Source: Bacillota bacterium (lineage in GTDB: Bacteria; Bacillota; Dethiobacteria; DTU022; UBA8154). From it: a stretch of DNA of 56,091 bases. The stretch lies in assembly GCA_012839215.1 (NCBI GenBank), contig DUNV01000061.1, positions 1 through 56,091 of the forward strand. Direction: 5' to 3'. Position numbers and translations under genes: made by a program. Shown here one piece after another: positions 38,956 to 48,618 of this stretch. Numbering within the stretch: the stretch's first letter is position 1; every line of letters starts with the position of its first letter. The notes beneath the pieces are model-generated. The model was not told where the DNA came from. It made no database searches and worked only from the letters and a program-made list of their open reading frames with translations.

Positions 38956-39423
38956 TTAATATACCTGCCCGGTAAGGACGATCAGCATATTCTTAAGTAA
39001 AAGGCTTCTTAGTAATGCCTGCCGGGGTTCCTCCTCGAGAATACCCAGCGTATCCAGAACGGTTTCCATGAGTTTTAGCTCCCGGAAGGAAATATATTTT
39101 TCCTCATAAATCTTTCGCAGAAGCATTTTTGCCTTTTCATTGCTGATCCGGCCACCCTGAATCTCCGGCATGAGCATTGATAGCAATTTTTTGGCCGATA
39201 AGTTTAGTTTTTTAATGCTGACAAAACCCTTGCCGCCCCTTTTACTCTCCACAAGAAAACCCTTTTCCAGGGTAAAACGTGTCTCAAGAACATAGTTTAC
39301 CTGAGAGGGAACACAACTAAATTTAGTAGCCAGTTCTTTTCTTTTAATTTCAATATAACCATATGCACTCAAAGTAAGAAGCTTTTTTAAATAATCTTCC
39401 ATAACATTGGCTAAATTACTCAT
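38956..39423 (-). CDS. ctsR: Class III stress-gene repressor CtsR
   Basis: MSNLANVMEDYLKKLL...VESKRGGKGFV. The start is at the ATG at 39421-39423. The longer track ORF would run through its own operator. Confidence 0.9.
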   Translation of the reverse strand: MSNLANVMEDYLKKLLTLSAYGYIEIKRKELATKFSCVPSQVNYVLETRFTLEKGFLVESKRGGKGFVSIKKLNLSAKKLLSMLMPEIQGGRISNEKAKMLLRKIYEEKYISFRELKLMETVLDTLGILEEEPRQALLRSLLLKNMLIVLTGQVY

Positions 39424-39481
39424 TGTGCGGCTCCATTTCTTTAAACTATGCCCCGGGTGGGCATAAAGGTGAAGATATCTC

Positions 39482-39498
39482 TTTGACCTTCTTTGACC
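39482..39498 (-). promoter_or_regulatory. CtsR operator (direct heptad repeat)
   Basis: The minus strand reads GGTCAAA-GAA-GGTCAAA, an exact match to the CtsR box consensus. It lies immediately downstream of a TATAAT. Confidence 0.8.
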
Positions 39499-39643
39499 TT
39501 TATGTTTATTATACCCCTTTGCACCACTGAAAAGGCAAACCCCATCCGGGCTCAATAATGAGTATATTTAAAGATTACCTAAAAAATACTCCCTATTACT
39601 TGTCCTTTATAAATAATTCTTCGTTTTATATTTTTGTTCTTTC

Positions 39644-39955
39644 CTACTTGTTTGATTCCTGCTGGTAATACCAGTCTTCCAGCTCCTTAAACGAAGGAAC
39701 CTTCTCTCCCCTTTGGCAAATGGTTTTAATGGCCCTGACGTAGAGGACCTGGTAAAAATAAAAATAAGAACAACAGCTGGTGCATAGATTTGACCAGAGA
39801 TGTTCCTGACCTAGCATTGACATAAGCAAACGTGTACAATTGGGGCACGGTTTCCAGCGATAAGCAAAGACCCATTCCCAAAAATTTTCCTGAAAGGCGG
39901 CAAGGTTATCTTCAAGTTTTTTCCTCTTTTTTTCTTGAAAACTAATGACTTTCAT
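39644..39955 (-). CDS. Cys-rich hypothetical protein
   Basis: SD GGGGGAAGTGA before the ATG at 39953-39955. MKVISFQEKKRKK...CPNC...CTSCC. I recognise no family. Confidence 0.4.
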   Translation of the reverse strand: MKVISFQEKKRKKLEDNLAAFQENFWEWVFAYRWKPCPNCTRLLMSMLGQEHLWSNLCTSCCSYFYFYQVLYVRAIKTICQRGEKVPSFKELEDWYYQQESNK

Positions 39956-40095
39956 TAATTTCACTTCCCCCTGGAACAGATAACCCGGGCGGGGCTTACT
40001 ACCCGGCACCTTTATATGATGGCCCAGTTCTGCCGGATTCATTCATCAGCCGGTCAAGAACACAATTTCCAGGGGGGGGAGGGCGGGGAGATCAT

Positions 40096-40827
40096 TTAAC
40101 CTGCCGGGTTTTCCAGTAGCTCATCTCCTTCCCAGCCAACCCCTATGATTCCTTCTAGGACAGCAAGCTTTTGCAAAAAATCAGGGGTATCAAACCTGGA
40201 GGGCAACTTTAGAACAAAATCAATTGTAACAACATTTTCCTGCAGGTTCTCAATGAATTGGGCCTCCCCAAAGTCCACCTTGACAACAAAGATTCCCAGT
40301 TCCCCAAGAACACCACCAACCCGCCCCAGGAGCCCCGGCTGGTAGATGCCTTTCACCCAGAGCCTGCGTAAACATCTTTTCCGTGCAAAGTAGCTATCCA
40401 TCCCCCGCAACATGATTAGACTAATCAAAACCGCCAGCGTGGCCAGTGCAGCACCGAGATAAAAGCCGATTCCCACGGCTAGGCCAATTCCCGAAACAAG
40501 CCAAAGTGTTGCAGCTGTAGTAAGCCCGATCACGGTATTACCATGGCGAAGAATTGTCCCAGCACCCAGAAAACCTACTCCGGTGACGACCTGGGCAGCA
40601 ATCCTGGACGGATCAACTTTTACGCCAAAATCGATCAATCCCCCGGAAAAACCGTAGGCAGAAACCAGCATAACCAGGGCAGAGCCAACAGATACCAGTA
40701 TATGGGTCCTAAAACCGGCTGGGCGATTTTGGCTTTCCCTTTCAAAACCGACAATTCCCCCAAACAGCAAAGCCAGAAAAAGGCGAAAGGCAACTTCCTG
40801 ATAACTAATCAGCCCCATATTAAACAC
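40096..40827 (-). CDS. MgtC/SapB-family membrane protein
   Basis: Contains RLFLALLFGGIVGFERE...AGFRTHILV and several TM helices, followed by a soluble C domain. Confidence 0.85.
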   Translation of the reverse strand: MFNMGLISYQEVAFRLFLALLFGGIVGFERESQNRPAGFRTHILVSVGSALVMLVSAYGFSGGLIDFGVKVDPSRIAAQVVTGVGFLGAGTILRHGNTVIGLTTAATLWLVSGIGLAVGIGFYLGAALATLAVLISLIMLRGMDSYFARKRCLRRLWVKGIYQPGLLGRVGGVLGELGIFVVKVDFGEAQFIENLQENVVTIDFVLKLPSRFDTPDFLQKLAVLEGIIGVGWEGDELLENPAG

Positions 40828-40908
40828 TTTCCCATCCGCATATTATTTTCCATTTTTTAATTTTATTAGAGCAGGCCGGGCCTGTCAACAACAGCAAAGA
40901 GGAAAACC

Positions 40909-41796
40909 CTACTTGCCAACAGGTATTTTCTGTTTATGATGCAGTGTCGGGGCAAAAAGATCGCCCATGTTGTGCAGGCGTGAAAGAATAGTACTGATGT
41001 TAAAAATGGAGGGAACAAGGGATGGTTCCGCCAGTTCCTCCCAAAGCAGGGGGGCAGAAACGGGGGCCCGCTTTTGGGGCCGTGGAGAATAGGGGGCTAC
41101 CAGTGTTTTACCCCGGGCGTTCTGTAAATGATCGAGATAGATTTTATCACCCCGGGAGGCAACTTTTCTTTCCGTTGTCGTTAAGTTTGGAAGTTCTTTT
41201 TCGACGGCTTTAAAAATATTTGCTGTGAAATCCCTAGCCTGTTCATAGGAATAAAGCGGTTCCAGGGGAAGGTAAACCTGAATCCCCCTGGATCCCGAGG
41301 TTTTTGGATAAGCCTTAAAACCTTCATCCTCCAATATTTTATGCAAAACCAGTGCAACCCGGCATACTTTTTCAAAGGGGGTTCCCAGAGGGGGATCGAG
41401 ATCAAAAACAGCAAAATCAGGCTTTTCGGGGGCACGCACAGTGGAAAGCCAGGGATGGATTTCCAGGCAGGCCTGGTTTCCCAACCAGGCAAGGGTTTCA
41501 GGCTCGCTGCAAACAAGGTAGCGTGTGATCTTTTCACTGCCTTGGAAGTTAACTGTTCTAACCCATGGTGGCGCCCCCTCCGGTATATTTTTCTGATAAA
41601 AACCTGGCTGCCCGATCCCCTTTGGAAAGCGCTGGAAAACCAGGAAACGGTTTTCCAAATGCGGCAACATAAAGGGGGCCACCTCCAAATAATATTTGAT
41701 GAGGTGATATTTGGTAATCCCTTCCCCGGGCCAGAGTTCCCTATCCAGATTGGTAAAGGAAATTTTCCTTCCGCCGACCATCGAAAGGGTACTCAT
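40909..41796 (-). CDS. ligD: NHEJ polymerase/primase (stand-alone LigD Pol domain)
   Basis: Contains ISFTNLDRELWP, FDLDP and KTSGSRGIQVY, the archaeo-eukaryotic primase motifs of LigD-Pol. Confidence 0.85.
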   Translation of the reverse strand: MSTLSMVGGRKISFTNLDRELWPGEGITKYHLIKYYLEVAPFMLPHLENRFLVFQRFPKGIGQPGFYQKNIPEGAPPWVRTVNFQGSEKITRYLVCSEPETLAWLGNQACLEIHPWLSTVRAPEKPDFAVFDLDPPLGTPFEKVCRVALVLHKILEDEGFKAYPKTSGSRGIQVYLPLEPLYSYEQARDFTANIFKAVEKELPNLTTTERKVASRGDKIYLDHLQNARGKTLVAPYSPRPQKRAPVSAPLLWEELAEPSLVPSIFNISTILSRLHNMGDLFAPTLHHKQKIPVGK

Positions 41797-42722
41797 GGCA
41801 ACAGCTCCTTACCAGATGATAAATGACTTATGCGTGGGGAACGAAGCTTAAGACCAGGGGTCCACTCACTGAAAGAAACCTTGAGGTGACGATTGGGTTT
41901 TGCCCAGACAATACTCCTGCCCGTTTGTGCCGGCGGGGCGTTGAGGAAAGGGGCTTCTTTTATTTCATTTTTCTTTGCCCATTGGAACCAGGAATCAAGC
42001 TCGGTCTCTGATAAACCGCTACTGACACTACCGATATAAGGAATTTTTGGGGGGATGTTGGGGGGATCGGCGGGGGGGCCTTCATCGAGCCCCAGAAGTA
42101 ACGAAACCGGTTTTTTCTCTTTAAGATATATTCCCCCGACAAGGGCCTCGATGTTCTGCAACAGCTTTGTTTTTATCCAGTAACTCGATTTCCGGGGGCC
42201 GGGGATATAAAAACTGTCCTTATTTTTAGCAACAACCCCCTCCATACCTCTTTCCGCAACTGCTTCGAGCAGGTTTTCCCCATCTGCATAGCTTTGCGTT
42301 CTATGCACAAGGTCATGTTGTTGCAGGGAGTTTTGCAATAATTCCTGGCGGGCTGCCCAGGGTCTGTCCAGCAACCAGATCCCTTCCCGCTGTAGAAGAT
42401 CAAAAACCATATAGTAAACAGGAATTCGGGGCAGTGCTGTTCCCCCATTCGCAAGGCTATTTTCCCTCCGCATAAGGGTGAAAAAAGAAGGCCTGCCTTT
42501 TTGCAAAGAAATTAGTTCCCCATCGAGCAGAAAACTGTGGGCTTTGACCAATTCCGGCAATATGGCCAGTTCCGGATACGTTGCTGTTTTGTCCCTCAGG
42601 CTTTTTCCCACGAGTTGCAGGCGGTTTCCATCCCAGGAGGCCAACAGCCGCATACCATCCCACTTAACCTGGTAGGCATAGGGTGCCCCTTTCGGCAATG
42701 TCCGGCTGGCCCGCGGTTCCAT
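41793..42722 (-). CDS. ligD: ATP-dependent DNA ligase (stand-alone LigD ligase domain)
   Basis: Contains motif I (YQVKWDGMR), EGVVAK and WIKTK. Overlaps the Pol gene by 4 nt. Confidence 0.85.
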   Translation of the reverse strand: MEPRASRTLPKGAPYAYQVKWDGMRLLASWDGNRLQLVGKSLRDKTATYPELAILPELVKAHSFLLDGELISLQKGRPSFFTLMRRENSLANGGTALPRIPVYYMVFDLLQREGIWLLDRPWAARQELLQNSLQQHDLVHRTQSYADGENLLEAVAERGMEGVVAKNKDSFYIPGPRKSSYWIKTKLLQNIEALVGGIYLKEKKPVSLLLGLDEGPPADPPNIPPKIPYIGSVSSGLSETELDSWFQWAKKNEIKEAPFLNAPPAQTGRSIVWAKPNRHLKVSFSEWTPGLKLRSPRISHLSSGKELLP

Positions 42723-42752
42723 GGGAACAACAATTTTAGCAAATATTTTTGA

Positions 42753-43556
42753 TCACCGCCGGGAGGCCGTTAGTTTTTTACCCTTTTTTTCCCGGGCTTT
42801 TTCCACGCTGGCCTCCAGGGCCTGCAAAAGATCTACAACCTTTTCCTCCTCAGCGGGAGGGGCAACAGCAATATCCTTGCCTTTTATCTTCGCCTCAATT
42901 ATTGCCAGTAGTTTTTCCCGGTAGGTATCATGATACTTCCCCGGGTCAAAGGAAGCCGCAAGGTTTTCGATAAGATCCCTGGCCATGGACATTTCCCTTG
43001 CACTAATTATTTCCTCCCCGGGAATATCGGGAAGATCCCGGGTGTTTCTTACCTCATCGGGATAATACATCGTTGAAAGCGCCAGCACATCCTTGTAAAC
43101 CCTTACTACAGCCGGTGTCTCCTTTGTGCGGATGGTAATAGCCGCCACGGCCACCTTACCCGTTTCGGACATAGCCCTGCGCAAAAGGGCGTAAGGTTTC
43201 CGGCCCGATCCATCGGGAGCGAGATAGTAACTGTTTTGGTAATAGACAGGATCTATTTCCTCAATGCTGATAAAATCCAGGATTTCAATGAGGTGATCGC
43301 TGGGGCCGGCAGCGGCCTTAAATTCCTCATCGCCAAGGATGACAAAAGACCCTTTTTCATATTCATAACCGCGGGCAAGTTCCTCCCAGGGCACCCCTTT
43401 CCCGCAGATAGGGCAGATTTTCCTATGCTCTACCGGGCTATGGCAAGGACGATGCAGTTGTCTAAATTTCAGGCTTTTGTTCTCGGTGGCGGCAAAAAGG
43501 CGAACAGGAATGTTGACAAGGCCAAAACCTAGGGAACCCTTCCACATGGCACGCAA
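42753..43556 (-). CDS. ku: Non-homologous end-joining protein Ku
   Basis: MRAMWKGSLGFGLVNIPVRLFAAT... is canonical bacterial Ku. TTG start at 43554-43556. Confidence 0.9.
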   Translation of the reverse strand: MRAMWKGSLGFGLVNIPVRLFAATENKSLKFRQLHRPCHSPVEHRKICPICGKGVPWEELARGYEYEKGSFVILGDEEFKAAAGPSDHLIEILDFISIEEIDPVYYQNSYYLAPDGSGRKPYALLRRAMSETGKVAVAAITIRTKETPAVVRVYKDVLALSTMYYPDEVRNTRDLPDIPGEEIISAREMSMARDLIENLAASFDPGKYHDTYREKLLAIIEAKIKGKDIAVAPPAEEEKVVDLLQALEASVEKAREKKGKKLTASRR

Positions 43557-43564
43557 AATAAAAT

Positions 43565-43598
43565 CCCCCTTTTACACTATTATCCCGGCAAAAGGGGG
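43565..43598 (-). terminator. Rho-independent terminator of trxA; its 3' arm doubles as the ku SD
   Basis: The minus transcript reads CCCCCUUUU, a 16-nt loop, AAAAGGGGG, then AUUUUAUUUUG. Confidence 0.7.
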
Positions 43599-43630
43599 TT
43601 GATATACAGGCATTCCATGCACTCTAATTA

Positions 43631-43990
43631 TTAAAGGTTCTTATCAATAATATCGCTCAGTTCTTCCTTTTTACGAAAACCGACGATAGTTTCCACCGGC
43701 TCCCCATCCTTAAAAAGCATCATGGTTGGAATACTCATAATCCCATAGCGCGAGGCCGTTTGATTATTTTCGTCAACGTTTACCTTTACGACCTTGAGCC
43801 TGCCTTCATAATCTTTGGCAACCTCCTCCAGGACCGGCGCCACCATACGGCACGGGCCACACCATGAGGCCCAAAAGTCCACCAAAACCGGTGAAGTGAA
43901 CTCTAACACTTCATTGGTAAATTGACCATCATTAACCTCAACAGGTTTTCCATTCATAGTTTTCCCGGCTGCCTTAAAGCCGGAAGACAC
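43631..43990 (-). CDS. trxA: Thioredoxin
   Basis: Contains the WASWCGPCRM active site. The start is either GTG at 43990 or ATG at 43957. Confidence 0.9.
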   Translation of the reverse strand: MSSGFKAAGKTMNGKPVEVNDGQFTNEVLEFTSPVLVDFWASWCGPCRMVAPVLEEVAKDYEGRLKVVKVNVDENNQTASRYGIMSIPTMMLFKDGEPVETIVGFRKKEELSDIIDKNL

Positions 43991-44007
43991 CTCCTCTGTA
44001 AAGTATT

Positions 44008-44997
44008 TTATGAGCCACTCTTTCCTGTAACTGGGGAAGCTGGGTTCTCTATATACCTTAGCGCCATGGTCGCAGCAACAGCCCCATCGGAAGCAGCGGT
44101 AACGACCTGGCGAAGCAACTTGCGCCGGATATCACCTGCGGCAAAAATACCGGGCAGTGAGGTCTCCATTTCCTCGTTGGTAATAATATAACCCTGGCTA
44201 TCCTTTTCTACACCTTCAACAAACCCGCTGCTGGGGAGTCGCCCAATGTATAGAAAAGCCCCATCGACATTTACTTCCTCTATAGAATTATCGGTAACCT
44301 TTTGCAAAATGATTGTTTCCAATTTTTGATCGCCTTTAAACTCCTTGACTACCGTATTGCCAACAAAACTAACTTTGGGGTTTTCCATCAGCTTGCCCCT
44401 AAGGGAAGAAACCGCCCGCAAGGTATCCCGGCGGTGAATGAGCAAAACCTTTTCGGCAAATCTGGATAGATAAAGGGCCTCCTCTACAGCAGCATCGCCG
44501 CCACCAATGACCGCAGCCCTTTTTTGCCGGAAGAAAGGTGCATCACACGTGGCGCAAAAGGAAATGCCTCTGCCGGAAAAAGCCTCCTCCCCCGGCACCC
44601 CAAGAGTGCGCGGGGTTGTCCCCGTGGCAATAACAAGGGTCCGTCCGGAATAAACCCCGGTGGAAGTTATAACTTTCTTGACCTCACCGAGGGGCTCGAT
44701 GGCCTGGACATCGATAGAAACCATTTCTGCGCCAAAGCGGCTCGCCTGCTTTTCCAGGAGCAGGCCAAACTCAAACCCACCGATACCTTCGGGAAAGCCG
44801 GGATAATTATCCAGCCTGTCCGTTAGCGTTATTTCCCCGCCGACCATTTTGGGTTCTATGACCAGCGTGCTCATCAGGGCCCTGCCGCCATAAATGGCCG
44901 CCGTTAGCCCGGCCGGACCGGCCCCAAGCACGATCATATCGTATATTTTTTCTGCACGGCTATTCCGAGAAACCATTTTTTCTCTCCTTATTCCCAA
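44008..44997 (-). CDS. trxB: Thioredoxin-disulfide reductase
   Basis: Contains GAGPAGLTAAIY, the CATCD redox centre and GGGDAAVEEA. Confidence 0.9.
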   Translation of the reverse strand: MGIRREKMVSRNSRAEKIYDMIVLGAGPAGLTAAIYGGRALMSTLVIEPKMVGGEITLTDRLDNYPGFPEGIGGFEFGLLLEKQASRFGAEMVSIDVQAIEPLGEVKKVITSTGVYSGRTLVIATGTTPRTLGVPGEEAFSGRGISFCATCDAPFFRQKRAAVIGGGDAAVEEALYLSRFAEKVLLIHRRDTLRAVSSLRGKLMENPKVSFVGNTVVKEFKGDQKLETIILQKVTDNSIEEVNVDGAFLYIGRLPSSGFVEGVEKDSQGYIITNEEMETSLPGIFAAGDIRRKLLRQVVTAASDGAVAATMALRYIENPASPVTGKSGS

Positions 44998-45157
44998 ACT
45001 TGTGCTATAAATTTACCAAATTTTTTAAAAGAAAGCAAGCATGCCGAACTACTGATTACAATTCAAGGGCAGGAATAAAATGGCTGGTTGTAGAATTTTA
45101 TGAAAATTAGTAAAGACTATCTTTAATAGCAATAAAAGCAATACAGGAGGGAAAAGA

Positions 45158-46897
45158 TTGCCTATCAATAAAAAGGAACCTGCAAGACAGCAATGGGAAA
45201 GGGCCTACCAGGAATGGCTCAGCAGCACAACCTTGGATGAAGAAAGCAAAAAGGAATTGCGCAAGCTAAAAGGCAATGATGAGGAAATCAGGGAAAGGTT
45301 TGCCCAAGAACTGGAATTCGGTACCGCCGGGTTGCGGGGTATCGTTGGCATGGGAACAAATAGAATAAACAAGTATACTATCCGTAGAACCACCCAGGGC
45401 CTGGCCAATTATCTGAATGAGCGTTACCCCCAAGAAAAGGAACGCAAAATAGCCATCGCCTATGACTCCCGCTGCAATTCCCGCCAGTTTGCCGAGGAGG
45501 TGGCACGGGTTGCAGCCGGAAACGGGATCAAGGCACTGCTATTTAGGGAAATGCGGCCAACCCCCCAGCTCTCCTTTGCTGTCAGGGAGCTGGGCTGCCA
45601 GGCCGGGGTCATCATTACAGCCAGCCATAACCCCCCGGAGTACAACGGTTATAAGGTTTATGGCGCAGACGGAGGCCAGGGAGCAACAAAATTTTCCGAG
45701 GACCTGTCTGCCAAAATTAGACCCCTAGATTACTTTCAGGATATTGCCATCCTTTCACGTGAGGAGGCCCTTGCCGAAAATCTTTGGGAATACATCGAAA
45801 AGGATTTCGATGATCTTTACCTGGATAAAATTAAAACCCTTTCCATGAACCCGGGTGATGATCGAATAAGAGTGGTATATACGCCGCTGCATGGAACAGG
45901 TTTTTTTCTCATCCCCCGGCTACTGGGGGAATTGGGCTACCCCCAGGTTTTTCTTGTGGAGGAACAAGCCACCATGGATCCCTCCTTCTCCACCGTGGGA
46001 TACCCCAACCCGGAAGAAAGAAAATCTTTTGATCTGGCCATGCAATTGGCAGAAGCAAAAAATGCCGATATAGTTCTGGCCACCGATCCGGATGCTGATC
46101 GGATCGGCTGCATTTTTAAAACTCCCGATCAGGGCTACACCATGCTCAACGGCAACCAGATCGGCGCCCTTCTGCTCAATTATCTCCTCGGCCAACTAAA
46201 AGCAAGGGATGCCATCCCCGCCGGCGGCGTGATGATAAAGTCCATCGTCACGGGAAACCTCGGCAAAAAGGTGGCGGCTTCCTATGGTGTGGAAACCATC
46301 GAAACGCTGACAGGTTTTAAGTATATCGGGGAAAAAATAGAGGAGTTTGCCTCGTCCGGGAAACACCATTTTCTATTTGGATACGAGGAAAGCTGCGGTT
46401 ACCTGACCGGTACATTTGTCAGGGATAAAGATGCCATCATTGCTTCGGCGCTACTCGTGGAAATGTGTGCCTACTACAAAAATAAGGGTCAAAGTATCCC
46501 CGAAGTTCTTGAGGAACTCTATAACAAGTTTGGATATTATTTGGAGATTGTGGAGCCCATCCAGCTGGAAACAGCAGCCCAGTCAGCCGAAATACTGCAT
46601 ACTTTCCGTGGCAAACCCCTGGAAATGATCGGCGGATTAAAAATTATAGAGCGAAGGGATTATAAAAGTGGCAAGTCTATAAATCTACAGACCGGGGAGG
46701 AAGGAAATCTTCTCCTGCCATCTTCGGATGTCCTCTTCTTCAACCTGGAAGGGGACTCCTGGTTTTCCATCCGCCCTTCTGGAACAGAGCCGAAAATGAA
46801 ATTGTATTTTTCCGTTAGTGCCCCCTCAAAAGAAAAGGCCCGGGCAAAGCTTGCTGCCCTCCGGGATGACGTCCTGACCCGATCGGGGCAAAAATAA
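45158..46897 (+). CDS. Phosphoglucomutase/phosphomannomutase (PgcA-like)
   Basis: Intact TASHNPPEYNGYK, DPDADR and GYEESCG motifs. TTG start with the SD CAGGAGGG. Confidence 0.9.
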   Translation: MPINKKEPARQQWERAYQEWLSSTTLDEESKKELRKLKGNDEEIRERFAQELEFGTAGLRGIVGMGTNRINKYTIRRTTQGLANYLNERYPQEKERKIAIAYDSRCNSRQFAEEVARVAAGNGIKALLFREMRPTPQLSFAVRELGCQAGVIITASHNPPEYNGYKVYGADGGQGATKFSEDLSAKIRPLDYFQDIAILSREEALAENLWEYIEKDFDDLYLDKIKTLSMNPGDDRIRVVYTPLHGTGFFLIPRLLGELGYPQVFLVEEQATMDPSFSTVGYPNPEERKSFDLAMQLAEAKNADIVLATDPDADRIGCIFKTPDQGYTMLNGNQIGALLLNYLLGQLKARDAIPAGGVMIKSIVTGNLGKKVAASYGVETIETLTGFKYIGEKIEEFASSGKHHFLFGYEESCGYLTGTFVRDKDAIIASALLVEMCAYYKNKGQSIPEVLEELYNKFGYYLEIVEPIQLETAAQSAEILHTFRGKPLEMIGGLKIIERRDYKSGKSINLQTGEEGNLLLPSSDVLFFNLEGDSWFSIRPSGTEPKMKLYFSVSAPSKEKARAKLAALRDDVLTRSGQK

Positions 46898-46953
46898 GGC
46901 AGCATAATAAGGAGACAAAAGACCCACCGTGGCTCAATCAGGGCTTTCGTGGC

Positions 46954-46982
46954 ATGACAAATAAAAAAGATCGTGTTATAAT
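46954..46982 (+). promoter_or_regulatory. Sigma-A promoter with extended -10
   Basis: ATGACA (46954-46959), a 17-nt spacer, then TGt-TATAAT (46974-46982). Confidence 0.55.
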
Positions 46983-47027
46983 GAGGCAACTTTAATATTG
47001 TCCCTCATGAAAAGGAGGTTTTTGCCC

Positions 47028-47249
47028 GTGGAAGAAAAAGTTAAAAAGTCGCTGGAAAAAGTTCGCCCGGCACTGCAGGCCGACGGCGGAGACGTTGTTT
47101 TTCTTGGAGTTGACCCGGACGGTACCGTCAGAGTACAGCTAACCGGGGCCTGCAACGGTTGCCCCATGGCCACCATGACCTTAAAACAGGGGATCGAACG
47201 CCTGCTCAAAAAAGAAATCCCCGAGGTAAAAAAAGTCGTCCAAGGATAA
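47028..47249 (+). CDS. NifU-like (Nfu C-terminal domain) Fe-S cluster protein
   Basis: VEEKVKKSLEKVRPALQADGGDVVFLGVD...GACNGCPMATMTL. The GTG at 47028 is 9 nt after AAGGAGG. Alternative starts are at 46998 and 47007. Confidence 0.8.
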   Translation: MEEKVKKSLEKVRPALQADGGDVVFLGVDPDGTVRVQLTGACNGCPMATMTLKQGIERLLKKEIPEVKKVVQG

Positions 47250-47277
47250 AATTTCTTATTCCCCGGAGGGGAACCCT

Positions 47278-48444
47278 GTGAACAAAGTATTGCTGATACG
47301 TTATGGTGAAATTGCCCTAAAGGGCAAAAACAGACCCTTTTTCGAGAAAAGGCTGGATAAAAACATAAAAACGGCACTCCGTGGGCTGGAGCCCTTCAAG
47401 CTAGTCTTCCAGCGGGGCCGTTTTTTTCTGCAGATCGCTGGGGAAAAATTTCATGCCGCCCAGGAACGGCTGCGCAAAGTTTTTGGCATAGTTTCCATCA
47501 GCCCATCCTCCACGGTCAGTCCCGGGCTCCCAGACATTTGCATCGAGGCACTGGCCCTTTTGGAAAAAAGTTTTCGGCCGGGAATCAGTTTTAAGGTTGA
47601 AACGCGCCGTGTAAATAAGCGTTTTCCCCTGACATCCCCGCAGATTAGCAGCCATGTGGGTGCCTTTATTCTCAAAAGCGGTTTGGATATAAAGGTCGAT
47701 GTACACCAACCCGAAATCCTCATCCAGATCGAGGTTCGTGATCAGGAGGCTTATCTTTTTTCCCAGAGGATCCCCGGGCCGGGAGGACTGCCTGTCGGCG
47801 TGACTGGAAAAGGGCTTTTGCTGCTCTCCGGGGGGATCGATAGCCCTGTTGCCGGCTATATGGCCCTCAAAAGGGGGATCACCCTGGAGGCCATCCATTT
47901 TCACAGCCCCCCCTTTACAGGGGAAGCAGCAATCAATAAGGCAGTCGATCTGGGCCGGGTCCTAGCCTCCTATGGTGGAAGAATCAGGCTCCACCTGGTA
48001 CCATTTACAGATATTCAAACACAAATCCGCATCCATTGCCCGGAGCCGATGACGATTACGCTGATGCGCCGATCCATGTTCCGCATTGCCGAAAGGCTGG
48101 CGGCGCAAAGGGGCATCGAAGTCCTCTTTACCGGGGAAAGCCTGGGGCAGGTGGCCAGCCAGACGCTGGAAAACCTGGTGGGCATTGATAAGGTTACCAC
48201 CATGCCCATTTTAAGGCCGCTCATTGGCTTCGATAAAGCAGAAATTATCGACATTTCCCGGGAAATCGGCACATACCCCGTTTCCATCCTGCCCTTTGAG
48301 GATTGCTGCACTCTTTTTGTGCCCAAACATCCCGTCACGAGGCCAAAAGCAGATGAGTTGGACAGAGCGGAGGAAAAGCTTCCACTGGATGAATTGCTGA
48401 CCTCCTGCCTGGAAAGGATAGAAACGAGAACAATTTACCCTTGA
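47278..48444 (+). CDS. thiI: tRNA 4-thiouridine(8) synthase ThiI (no rhodanese domain)
   Basis: Contains a THUMP region and the PP-loop LLLSGGIDSPVAGY. 388 aa. Confidence 0.9.
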   Translation: MNKVLLIRYGEIALKGKNRPFFEKRLDKNIKTALRGLEPFKLVFQRGRFFLQIAGEKFHAAQERLRKVFGIVSISPSSTVSPGLPDICIEALALLEKSFRPGISFKVETRRVNKRFPLTSPQISSHVGAFILKSGLDIKVDVHQPEILIQIEVRDQEAYLFSQRIPGPGGLPVGVTGKGLLLLSGGIDSPVAGYMALKRGITLEAIHFHSPPFTGEAAINKAVDLGRVLASYGGRIRLHLVPFTDIQTQIRIHCPEPMTITLMRRSMFRIAERLAAQRGIEVLFTGESLGQVASQTLENLVGIDKVTTMPILRPLIGFDKAEIIDISREIGTYPVSILPFEDCCTLFVPKHPVTRPKADELDRAEEKLPLDELLTSCLERIETRTIYP

Positions 48445-48618
48445 GGCAAATGCACGAATAGTACTAATGAACTAGGACCTATTTGCCTCTATCAATAAAG
48501 AGGATTTGTATCCTGATATAATACACCCCCTGATAGCAGGAAGATAATATTGGACTTAAGGCTGCCTACAAACCAATGTCGGCAGGACGTTGCAGATTTT
48601 TCTAGTGAGGTAAAAATA

